In this document: positions 27,422-36,441 of the stretch, in pieces
Position numbering within the stretch: position 1 is the stretch's first letter
How the letters are laid out: each line of letters begins with the position of its first letter
Assembly (NCBI GenBank): GCA_027310185.1
Contig: DAIDBH010000017.1
Coordinates: forward strand, 192,001-256,000
Origin: Thermoplasmatales archaeon
GTDB taxonomy: Archaea; Thermoplasmatota; Thermoplasmata; Thermoplasmatales; Thermoplasmataceae
DNA: 64,000 bases
Reading direction: 5' to 3'
Translations under genes and position numbers: made by a program
The notes under the pieces: model-generated
What the model saw: only the letters and a program-made list of their open reading frames with translations
Told to the model about the DNA's origin: nothing
Database searches by the model: none

Positions 27422-28261
27422 ATGATTGAAATCAAAGACATAAGAAAGGTATACAAAGGTGGAAAAGTAGCTGTCGACGGAATTACCGAAACCATGGACA
27501 AAAGAGTCACAACACTGATAGGTAGAAATGGTGCAGGAAAGACCACGCTGTTGAGAATGCTTTCAACACAGCTTTACCCTACCTCAGGGACTGCCCTAAT
27601 CAATGGGCTTGATATTGTCAGTGATGCAATTAAAATTAGAAAAATAGTGGCAAGCATACCACAGGAGGCTTCTCCCCTGGGAATACTTTCACCATATGAA
27701 CAGGTTAACATGTATCTACTGGGCAGAAAATTCAGTTTCCCTGATGCGAGGAAAGCTGCGAATGATGCCCTGGAGACAGTTGGACTCTGGGATGTTAGAA
27801 ATAAGCCCTCTGATACGCTGAGCGGGGGGATGAAGAGGAAGATGTTCGTTGCACTTGCACTCGCATCAAATGCAGAACTTGTATTTTTGGATGAGCCAAC
27901 AACAGGTCTTGACCCACTTTCCAGACTTGAGATATGGTCAGCCATTAAAAAACTGTCAGGCAATGTCCTGCTGACTACCCATTATATGGAAGAGGCAGAA
28001 AATCTGTCAGATGTTGTGTATCTTCAGGACAGTGGCCATATTATAGACAGGGGGACTGTAAAGAAACTGCTATCCAGGTTCTCGGGGAAGGTGAGGGTTG
28101 AATCTCAGACAGAACTTTCAGATTCATTCAAGGTAGGTGGGATTTACGTCAAATATGATGCAATTGAAAATTCTGAAACATACATACGGGAGGGCAAGAC
28201 TGTGAAGAAAATCACTCTTGACGATCTGTTCATAATGAGGGGTGTTGATCTTGAATCTTAA
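27422..28261 (+). CDS. ABC-2/DrrA-type ATP-binding protein
   Basis: GRNGAGKTT, LSGGMKR, FLDEPTTGLD and TTHYMEEA motifs. Confidence 0.95.
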   Translation: MIEIKDIRKVYKGGKVAVDGITETMDKRVTTLIGRNGAGKTTLLRMLSTQLYPTSGTALINGLDIVSDAIKIRKIVASIPQEASPLGILSPYEQVNMYLLGRKFSFPDARKAANDALETVGLWDVRNKPSDTLSGGMKRKMFVALALASNAELVFLDEPTTGLDPLSRLEIWSAIKKLSGNVLLTTHYMEEAENLSDVVYLQDSGHIIDRGTVKKLLSRFSGKVRVESQTELSDSFKVGGIYVKYDAIENSETYIREGKTVKKITLDDLFIMRGVDLES

Positions 28262-29000
28262 ATTCATCTTTACCTTTGCATGGTATTATGGTGTAAAGGT
28301 AATTGTCAGGGGCCCATCCTATATCATAGCATCACTTGTAACACCACTTACGCTCCTGTTTGTTGTTTATGTACTTACTCAGGGTGCACTTGTGCAGTAT
28401 GCAGTAGTCGGTGGAATGATAACGCTGATAGCATCCATAGGTCTTCAAAGTGCAGGAGATGCCACATTCATGAGACTTCAGCTGAGAATACAGGAAATGT
28501 ATGTGGCCAGTGAGGTTACGCCAATAGATTATATGCTCAGTATGACCCTGAGTTTCCTGGCCTTCTCCATTCCTGGAATAATAGTTTACAGCTTCCTGGG
28601 CTCATATTATCATTTATACAACATTTTTACAGCACTTTACATGCTATTTCTTATCTTCATCCTTATTCTTTCTACATCTGCAATTTCCTTTATCATATCA
28701 AGCCTGGTGAACCACGTCAGGAATATATGGGGAATCACTTCGATCCTTTCCATAGTAATGACTGTAATACCTCCTACATTCTATCCATACACGTACCTTC
28801 TTGGGAAGTTCGGGCAGAACGGACTGATATATGCACTTTCACTATCACCCGCAACACCTGCAGCAGTATCTGCCCAGATATTCTTTGGCCTTGAACCATG
28901 GAACTATTCTGAGTTCATAACAATGGTTGTAATCATGCTGGTTGAAACGGCTGTGTACTTTGCCATTGCAAAATATCTCACAAGATGGAGAGAGCACTGA
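28242..29000 (+). CDS. ABC-2 type permease
   Basis: About 6 TM segments, a PPTFYP motif, and overlap with the ATPase gene. Confidence 0.85.
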   Translation: MLILNLKFIFTFAWYYGVKVIVRGPSYIIASLVTPLTLLFVVYVLTQGALVQYAVVGGMITLIASIGLQSAGDATFMRLQLRIQEMYVASEVTPIDYMLSMTLSFLAFSIPGIIVYSFLGSYYHLYNIFTALYMLFLIFILILSTSAISFIISSLVNHVRNIWGITSILSIVMTVIPPTFYPYTYLLGKFGQNGLIYALSLSPATPAAVSAQIFFGLEPWNYSEFITMVVIMLVETAVYFAIAKYLTRWREH

Positions 29001-29091
29001 TCAGGTAATATAATACCTCACTTTTTATTCTTTCAAGAATATATTTCCTGGTTTAAGGGTCACTGATCTCCATACACATTTGGCAACAACT

Positions 29092-29110
29092 AAATATAAT
29101 ATAAAAATAA
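29092..29110 (+). promoter_or_regulatory. Displaced TATA-containing promoter of the aminopeptidase gene
   Basis: AAATATAATATAAAAATAA begins ~25 nt before the GTG in the reconstructed IS-free site. Confidence 0.45.
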
Positions 29111-29118
29111 TATTAAGT

Positions 29119-30268
29119 GAGGATTTCTAATAACCCTCGAAGAAACACCGTAACATTTATTCATGAAACACGCATGTTACAGCATGAGTGACCTGCTTGA
29201 TCATGCGTTGAAGGAGAAATACAATTCAATGAAGATAAATGATCCATTAACATTCGTAAAGAATGCCATTGACTGGGATGCACTCACACCATTATTGAGT
29301 GATCTGTACCACAATGATACAGATAATGGTGGAAGGCCAAACATACCTGTAAAGACCATGATCAAGGTACTGTTCCTGCAGAGCATGTTCAACATGGTTG
29401 ATGAACAGGCTGAAACACTTATAAAAGATAGAATTTCATTCATGAACTTTCTTGATTATCCTGATCAGTATCCAGATGCAAGAACCATATGGTTATTCAG
29501 GGAAAGATTATCTAAGACCGGACGTGACAGGATCATATGGAATGAATTGCAGAGACAGCTTGAATCCAAGGGCATCAAAGTTAAGAAGGGATCTGCACAG
29601 GATGCAACATTCATCACATCTGATCCTGGACATGTGAAACATGAGGAAAAGAGATCAGAAGGAAAGACAAGAAGATCAAAAGATGGATCATTCACTAAGA
29701 AAAATAACAAAACATTCTTCGGATACAAGGGTCATACAATTGTTGATGACAACATTCCTGTTCCAGTAATAAGATCCTATGCTGTATCAACAGCAAGGGA
29801 TCATGACTCAACAATCGATCTTTCAAAAACAGGAATCACAGTGTACAGGGATAAGGGATATTTCGGGCATGATCCAAAGGGCATTGATGGTACCATGGAC
29901 AGATCAGTAAGGAATCACAAACTATCCATGGAATCCATACGAAGAAATCTGAGGATATCAAGGAAGAGATCACTTGTGGAATATCCATATGCGATCATGA
30001 AGAGAATGTTTCATTTTTCACATGTCATGGTTACAACATTAAGAAGAGTGAGGGTGAAGTTCATGTTTGCATGTTTTGCTTACAATGTACATGCATTGAA
30101 GATCGTCAACGGATAGCGTGAGCTATCAATTATTTAAGAAATTTCAGTGAAAGTAGAGGGAAAAAGAGCATAACACTGGAAGTAAAAGGTAGAAATTGTC
30201 ATATTTTCTAAGAAAATTATCAGGTTATGGTATTTCGATAGCAAATCAAGAGGAAATTAGAAAACCTC
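29119..30268 (+). mobile_element. Complete IS5-family insertion sequence (~1150 bp)
   Basis: Terminal inverted repeats GAGGATTTCTAAT (left) and GAGGTTTTCTAAT (right, reverse complement) match 12/13. A 4-bp target duplication AAGT is at 29115-29118 and 30269-30272. Confidence 0.92.
29163..30116 (+). CDS. IS5-family DDE transposase
   Basis: GGRP, DRISFMNFL, PDARTIWLFRERL, QDATFI (D), FGYKGH, DKGY (D) and RSLVEYPY (E) motifs. Confidence 0.95.
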   Translation: MKHACYSMSDLLDHALKEKYNSMKINDPLTFVKNAIDWDALTPLLSDLYHNDTDNGGRPNIPVKTMIKVLFLQSMFNMVDEQAETLIKDRISFMNFLDYPDQYPDARTIWLFRERLSKTGRDRIIWNELQRQLESKGIKVKKGSAQDATFITSDPGHVKHEEKRSEGKTRRSKDGSFTKKNNKTFFGYKGHTIVDDNIPVPVIRSYAVSTARDHDSTIDLSKTGITVYRDKGYFGHDPKGIDGTMDRSVRNHKLSMESIRRNLRISRKRSLVEYPYAIMKRMFHFSHVMVTTLRRVRVKFMFACFAYNVHALKIVNG

Positions 30269-30270
30269 AA

Positions 30271-32658
30271 GTGAATGCAACTGTAGATAAATATTCTTTG
30301 TCACTGAATTTTTTGGATGATAATGAGTTCAGTGGAGTGTGCAATATCCACCTCAAGACTGAGGAGGAGAAATTGATACTTGACTCCAGAGAACTGGATA
30401 TAGAAAAAATGCTCGTTAATGGCATCGGAGCCCCTTTTGCCTATGATGAACGAAAGAGAAAGGTGATTATAGACAAAATAAAACCCGGGGAAGTTGAACT
30501 GGAGATTTCTTATAGGAGAAAATATGGTGAAGGACTGGCTGGTTTATACAGGGCCGGGAAGGGAGTTCAGTCCATGATAACAACTCAGTTTGAATCCAAT
30601 GATGCCTCTTCTGCTTTTCCGTGCCTCGATAATCCATCTGTTAAATCGAAATTTGAAATTACCCTCGTAGTAAAGGAGGGGCAGGATGCAATTAGCAATA
30701 TGCCTCAGATATCCAACAGGAAGATAGCTGATGGTTCAATGGAAATAAAATTTGATTCAACACCCCCCATGTCAACGTATCTTCTATACATCGGTGTTGG
30801 AAAATTCATTACAAGATCAAGAAACCACGGAAAATGCGAGCTTATCCTTGCAAGACCCGGGAATGAGATGAGATCTGATGACTTCCCACTCGAAGTCGCT
30901 GATAAGTGTATCACTTTCTATGAAGACTATTTTGGAATTCCATATGCTCTTCCAAAGATGCATTTGATAGCCGTTCCTGATTTTGCCGCCGGAGCAATGG
31001 AAAACTGGGGTGCCATAACATTCAGGGAAGATGTCCTGTTAAACAATGAGAATACAGATTCCGAAGGAAGAATACTGATTGCAGTTGTAATTGCTCACGA
31101 GATAGCACATCAGTGGTTCGGGAACCTTGTAACAATGAAATGGTGGAATGATCTGTGGCTGAATGAGAGTTTTGCCACATTTATGTCTTCCCTCTGCGTA
31201 AATAGGCTTTTCCCTGAATATGAAGAAGAAAAGACATATTACCTGAATGAAACGGTAGGTTCCATGGTAAGCGATGCACTCGTGAGTTCCCATCCAATTA
31301 ATGTAGAGGTGAAGGAACCGGAGGATATAGAACAGGTGTTTGATGATATAAGCTATGGAAAAGGGGGAAGTATTCTCAGGATGATACATCATTATATGGG
31401 TGATGAAAAATTCAGGGCAGGACTTACCTCCTACCTTGAAAAATTTCAATATGGAAATGCTGAAGGAAATGATCTCTGGACTGAACTTGAAAGAAGTTCT
31501 GATTTGAAGATATCCTCAATTATGAATAACTGGATTAATCAATCAGGATTTCCAATAATAGAAGTGAATTATGACCGAAATACACTGAAACTGGAACAGC
31601 AGCAGTTCCTCCTATCTGGTGCGAAGAGTGAAAAGTTATGGAAGATCCCTGTTTTCATCCAGACAGAAAAAGGTGAAATAAAAATCCTGATGGAAGATAA
31701 GAATATTGAAGTGGAGATCGAAGGAATTGAAAAGATAAATTTCATGGGAACCGGATACTACCAGACAAACTACGGAGATAAGATGCTGGACAGTTTGAAG
31801 GAAAAAATGGAGAAGATGGACGCAATGGATAAGGTTGAGATTGTGAGCGATAACTATTTCCAGCTGGTATCCGGTAGAATGACCATTGAAAAATTCTTTG
31901 CATCTGCACGTGAGGCGGCAAAATCTTTCTCAACACCTTCTTCTCTTCTCCTGGTTAATAACCTTGACAGATTAAATGGTATACTGTATGACAGGCATGA
32001 ATTTTTAAGGTCCAGCAGTGAAATACTTCAGACAATAATTGAAAATGGATCAACCAAAAAAAGTGATTTGTCCCTGCTTGATCAGATTACCATCCAGAAG
32101 GCGAAGATTGCATATGCTAAGATAAATCACGAATTTGCAATGAAAGGGTCTGAAAAATTCAACGATTATTTCAACCTGAAACCTGATGAACGGGAGCTGG
32201 TAGCCGTGTCTAAGGCTGTAGTTTCAAGGGACCTGGCTGAAATGGTAGGCAAACTGGAGGAGGCAGAAGACGATTCCGATAGAGAAACTCTCATAATGGC
32301 AATGGGCTGGATAAGTGGGAAGAAGAATCACAAAAAAATAATCAGGCTGCTTATACAGGGAAAGATCAAGAAACAGGATGCCCCATCTGCTGTAATAACA
32401 ATGATGAGGAACCCGGAATCAAGAAAGTATGTCTCTGGCATACTTCTTCCACTTCTTAAGAATATGAGTAAGGCCTTTGGAAATACTGGATTGCTATCAA
32501 CGGCAGCATTCATTTCAATACCCTTACTTGGCCTTCAGAATGAGAAAAAGGTCAGGAAGGTGATGTCCAAACTAAATTATAATGAGATAAGAATGGGATA
32601 TGAAAAAGGATTTGAAATGCTGGAAGTTTACAAGAAATTAAGGAGTACTGTCAACTAG
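30271..32658 (+). CDS. M1 family zinc aminopeptidase (tricorn-interacting factor F2/F3-like)
   Basis: TTQFE, GAMENWG, HEIAH-x18-E (WLNESFA) and SYGKG motifs. The true start is probably GTG 30271, because the track start at 30196 is inside the IS. Confidence 0.93.
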   Translation: MNATVDKYSLSLNFLDDNEFSGVCNIHLKTEEEKLILDSRELDIEKMLVNGIGAPFAYDERKRKVIIDKIKPGEVELEISYRRKYGEGLAGLYRAGKGVQSMITTQFESNDASSAFPCLDNPSVKSKFEITLVVKEGQDAISNMPQISNRKIADGSMEIKFDSTPPMSTYLLYIGVGKFITRSRNHGKCELILARPGNEMRSDDFPLEVADKCITFYEDYFGIPYALPKMHLIAVPDFAAGAMENWGAITFREDVLLNNENTDSEGRILIAVVIAHEIAHQWFGNLVTMKWWNDLWLNESFATFMSSLCVNRLFPEYEEEKTYYLNETVGSMVSDALVSSHPINVEVKEPEDIEQVFDDISYGKGGSILRMIHHYMGDEKFRAGLTSYLEKFQYGNAEGNDLWTELERSSDLKISSIMNNWINQSGFPIIEVNYDRNTLKLEQQQFLLSGAKSEKLWKIPVFIQTEKGEIKILMEDKNIEVEIEGIEKINFMGTGYYQTNYGDKMLDSLKEKMEKMDAMDKVEIVSDNYFQLVSGRMTIEKFFASAREAAKSFSTPSSLLLVNNLDRLNGILYDRHEFLRSSSEILQTIIENGSTKKSDLSLLDQITIQKAKIAYAKINHEFAMKGSEKFNDYFNLKPDERELVAVSKAVVSRDLAEMVGKLEEAEDDSDRETLIMAMGWISGKKNHKKIIRLLIQGKIKKQDAPSAVITMMRNPESRKYVSGILLPLLKNMSKAFGNTGLLSTAAFISIPLLGLQNEKKVRKVMSKLNYNEIRMGYEKGFEMLEVYKKLRSTVN

Positions 32659-33290
32659 GCTTTCCTTAACACAGAAATGAACTCGTCCATATTTCTGCAT
32701 ATAAAGTCAGGATTGTGCTCCCTCAGAATTTCTTCTATTCCACTTCCCCACGTTGCCCCTACACTTCTTATTCCTGCAGCTCTTGCAGCGATGATATCAT
32801 AGGGCTGATCACCCACATATATGGTGTTTTCCCTGCTAGCACCTATTTTTTCTATGCATCTGTTTATTGGATCAGGCTCGGGTTTATGGTATACCGTGTC
32901 TTCCTGGCCTACAACTGCATTAAAATAATCTATCAGGCCAGTCATTGTTAACAATAGATATGCTGTATCACGGTGACTTGACGTTACCACTGCCATCGTG
33001 ATTCTTCTTTCCCTGAGATAATTGAGCAGCTCTATGACGCCTTCAAATGGAGATATACTCTTTAAATGCTTCTCAAAAAATTCCCGTCCCTTGATATAGG
33101 CTATTTCTCCTCTCTGATCATAGAACTCTTTCATCAGTAACTGCACCGGCCTTCCAATGAGCTTAGAATGCTCCTCATCAGTTAATTTTCTCCCGAAGAC
33201 TTCCTGAAACCCATAATCTGTTGCTATTCTTGAAAGGGTTTCACTATCCAGAAGTGTCCCATCCATGTCAAATATTACTGTTGTTATCAT
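32655..33290 (-). CDS. HAD-superfamily hydrolase (phosphoglycolate phosphatase/PpaX-like)
   Basis: FDMDGTLLDS, VTS, KPEPD and VGDQPYD motifs. Confidence 0.92.
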   Translation of the reverse strand: MITTVIFDMDGTLLDSETLSRIATDYGFQEVFGRKLTDEEHSKLIGRPVQLLMKEFYDQRGEIAYIKGREFFEKHLKSISPFEGVIELLNYLRERRITMAVVTSSHRDTAYLLLTMTGLIDYFNAVVGQEDTVYHKPEPDPINRCIEKIGASRENTIYVGDQPYDIIAARAAGIRSVGATWGSGIEEILREHNPDFICRNMDEFISVLRKA

Positions 33291-33345
33291 AGGGCACCAC
33301 TATTTCTCATGCCATTACAGGCTTCTGTTTTCATTGCTTTCATGC

Positions 33346-34488
33346 CTAATTCAGTTTAACCCAGAGTTCCCTGAATCCATACACTATTGTGCTTTCCTGA
33401 GGGATCATCTTCCTGTCCCTGAGTATTTCATATGATTCAAAGTTTTCAGTCATGCACTCCATGGCTATCTTAGCCTCAAGCCTTGCCAGAGGGGCACCAA
33501 GGCAGTAATGGATACCTTCTCCAAAGGCTATGTGCCTGTTATCCTTCCTTTCCATCATGAATTTATCGGCATCTTCAAAAACACTTTCGTCCCTGTTTGC
33601 AGAACCGATCCATGGGACCATTATGCTCCCCTTCCTGACCGGAACTCCACTGAGTTCCGTATCAACCCTTGCCACCCTGTAAATGGATTGCACGGGACTC
33701 CTGTATCTCAGCACTTCTTCCAGAGCCTGTGGAATGAGTTTAGAATCTCCACGTATGGCATCATAAGTACCGTGATATTCATTGAATGTAAGGAGAGCGT
33801 TTGAGATCAGGTTGGTTGTGGTTTCATTTCCAGCTACAAGTAGAAGTATAAAAAACCCTAGACTTTCCATCATTGTCAGTTTTTCCCCATCCACTTCTGC
33901 ATTCAATACAGAATAAACAAGACTTTGGTCAGGGTTATTCTCCTTTTCTATCATAAGATTCTGGAAATATCTTGTCATATCCTCTATGGTCTTTGGAAAA
34001 TCAGTAAATGATCTTTCTGAACCGCCAATTATTATATCTGACCATTTCTTGAACTTATCCATATCTTTCAGGGGTATTCCGAGCATGGTCGCAATAACAG
34101 TGATGGGGAGAGGAGAAGTAAATCCCTTGATAATATCCACTTCATGCCCCTTCTTTGAATTCAGGAGGTTATCTGCTATTTCCCTGATCTGTGGGGCCAT
34201 TTTTTCAATTGTCCTGGGTGTAAATGCCTTTGAGACAATATTCCTGAGTTTCGTGTGTTTTGGAGGATCAAGGTTTATGATGCTTTCAGATATGGGTCCT
34301 CCTGCAGGATTAAAAGCCTTACCGAACTGTGACGAAAAATTATTGAAATTTCCAAGTGTTTCTTTGACATCCTTATACCTGAAAACGTTTACAAGCTTAT
34401 ATTCCGGATCATAATATACAGGGTTTTCTGACCTCATTCTTGCGTACCAGGGAAAGGGATCCATAAGATCCCTTCTCATCTCATCCAT
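33346..34488 (-). CDS. Cytochrome P450
   Basis: LDPPKH, AGNETT (I-helix), EEVLR (ExxR) and FGEGIHYCLG (heme Cys) motifs. Confidence 0.96.
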   Translation of the reverse strand: MDEMRRDLMDPFPWYARMRSENPVYYDPEYKLVNVFRYKDVKETLGNFNNFSSQFGKAFNPAGGPISESIINLDPPKHTKLRNIVSKAFTPRTIEKMAPQIREIADNLLNSKKGHEVDIIKGFTSPLPITVIATMLGIPLKDMDKFKKWSDIIIGGSERSFTDFPKTIEDMTRYFQNLMIEKENNPDQSLVYSVLNAEVDGEKLTMMESLGFFILLLVAGNETTTNLISNALLTFNEYHGTYDAIRGDSKLIPQALEEVLRYRSPVQSIYRVARVDTELSGVPVRKGSIMVPWIGSANRDESVFEDADKFMMERKDNRHIAFGEGIHYCLGAPLARLEAKIAMECMTENFESYEILRDRKMIPQESTIVYGFRELWVKLN

Positions 34489-34730
34489 ATCCTCATAATG
34501 CCAGATCTGAATTTATAATTATCTTCATTAATGTTTTGCTGGTCAGGCGGTAACTATCATCTTCGTTTGACTCTGAATGTTATAACTAACAGAGGTACAC
34601 TGATTTTAAAATAAGACAGGAATATTTATTACATTCTTAAAAGAAATTATGCCTGTACTGACCTGCCTGACTCGTGTCCTTCGGTAAAATTTTTGACTGT
34701 ATAGGGCTTTATATAGTAATTTTTCATGTT

Positions 34731-36281
34731 ATGATGTTGTCATTCCCTAAGTTAATTATTATTGCTCTTAGAAGAAACTTGAGACCCAGAATTTTACTTG
34801 TTATTCTCTTTGCCTCAATATTACTTGTCCCGGCATTTGCGTTTGATAATACCGAAATTTCCAGGAATATATCGAACAACTACTTTCTCGGGAATATCCA
34901 ACCTAAGAATGATACCATTATTGAAAATAATACAGTCTGCTTCATTTTGATAGGCAATTCTCTTGACGCATTAAACAGAACTGGGGTGAATCTAAGCATA
35001 TCAGCAGAATTTATTGTTTTGGGTGAACCAGTTTCCGATCATTTAGGTAGCAGTGTTTCAATATTTTACAATACAATATCTAATAATGGAGGAGGGATCT
35101 TCATTAACTCATCCCATATTGACTACCTTATATATTCAAAGCTGAAACAATATGGAAATGTATCTTTGAATCAAATTTTTATTCAAAATTACCAGATAAA
35201 TTCCTTCCGGATTCCAAATGGTACAAATGTTCAAAATGATGTATTTTTCAGTTTCCATAAGACGGATTATTCTGGGAATTCCCATATTTCAACCATGTAT
35301 TTTTACACCCTTCCGACTTCAAAACTTGGATATTATGGGCTTTCAGAGATTTTTTATACCTTGCCTTCGCAGAGGGGGAAATTCAACATTACTGTTACAG
35401 ATCCGGATAATTCTGGGTTGACAGTGCCTATTGTTCATGATGGCACTCCTGGTATCGTTTACTCTATTGAAAACTTTCAACTTCTTGATTCTCTCAATGA
35501 AAAAGGGTTCGGTAATTTCCGATTTGGAGATTCCCAAGTCAGAATAATAGTTGATTCATCTGTTCTCTCCTACAAAAACAAAGCCAGCCCATATGCTAAT
35601 ATTGGACCTGCTCTCCTGATAAGTTTTTCTTCACTGTGCATAATTTTATCATTCACTTATTTCCAGAAAAGAGAAGTTCTCTACAGGTTTCTATCCCTGC
35701 CAGTTAAGAGATCTCAATTCATCATAGCCACTTTTATTTCCTCTGTAGCCTTTATGCTTCTTGCCTCAGCAATTTCATTCCTTCTCTCGGATCTCTTCTG
35801 GAAACTCTCCTTTGGCATATTCCTGAATCCACTCGATCTAATTTATGTTGGAACAACAGAAATTTTTGCCGCCTTTGCCATTACATCTATCTATGTCTTC
35901 CTGGGAAGTTTTCATGTTTCAGGGAAAACTGGCATGCTGAATGCTTTCTTTGTGGCTCTATTTCCCCTATTCAGCATTCTTACATCGGCATATTTTTTCA
36001 TCATCAGTTCCGGTATGTTACAGAGTGGTGAAACCTACCTTCTAGCTCCACATAACTCCTATGCAACATATTACAATTTCATAAGAGACATAATACCATT
36101 GGAGAGCGACATTCAGCTCAATAAATATCTATCTTCCTCTCCTTTACTTGGAATAAAGATGGAATATCATACCAATCTCCTTGGCCTGGACCCATTAACC
36201 ATCATATTGTCAGCAATTTTGATTCCTCTTCTATTCATGTCTATAGGAATGATAAGATATTCAGGACGGACTCCTGAATGA
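34731..36281 (+). CDS. Membrane protein, ABC-2 permease-like with a large extracellular domain
   Basis: N-terminal TM, Asn-rich extracellular region, FLSLPVKRSQFII permease-like motif and several C-terminal TMs; TTTATATA lies ~23 nt before the ATG at 34731. Confidence 0.7.
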   Translation: MMLSFPKLIIIALRRNLRPRILLVILFASILLVPAFAFDNTEISRNISNNYFLGNIQPKNDTIIENNTVCFILIGNSLDALNRTGVNLSISAEFIVLGEPVSDHLGSSVSIFYNTISNNGGGIFINSSHIDYLIYSKLKQYGNVSLNQIFIQNYQINSFRIPNGTNVQNDVFFSFHKTDYSGNSHISTMYFYTLPTSKLGYYGLSEIFYTLPSQRGKFNITVTDPDNSGLTVPIVHDGTPGIVYSIENFQLLDSLNEKGFGNFRFGDSQVRIIVDSSVLSYKNKASPYANIGPALLISFSSLCIILSFTYFQKREVLYRFLSLPVKRSQFIIATFISSVAFMLLASAISFLLSDLFWKLSFGIFLNPLDLIYVGTTEIFAAFAITSIYVFLGSFHVSGKTGMLNAFFVALFPLFSILTSAYFFIISSGMLQSGETYLLAPHNSYATYYNFIRDIIPLESDIQLNKYLSSSPLLGIKMEYHTNLLGLDPLTIILSAILIPLLFMSIGMIRYSGRTPE

Positions 36282-36441
36282 AAAGTTAACTGAAATAAAT
36301 AAGATAACAACAATTGGTCAGTATTAATTGATAAAAACTGGTGATTCTTCTCCATAAACTACTTATGTTTAATATTCAGTGAGAAAACAAGATTCTACTA
36401 TTGATTTTGGAAAAATATATTAGTTTAGATTACTTTGATCA

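Noticed and set aside
30196-30270. N-terminal extension of the aminopeptidase in the ORF track
   Set aside because: It lies inside the IS right end and is not part of the ancestral gene
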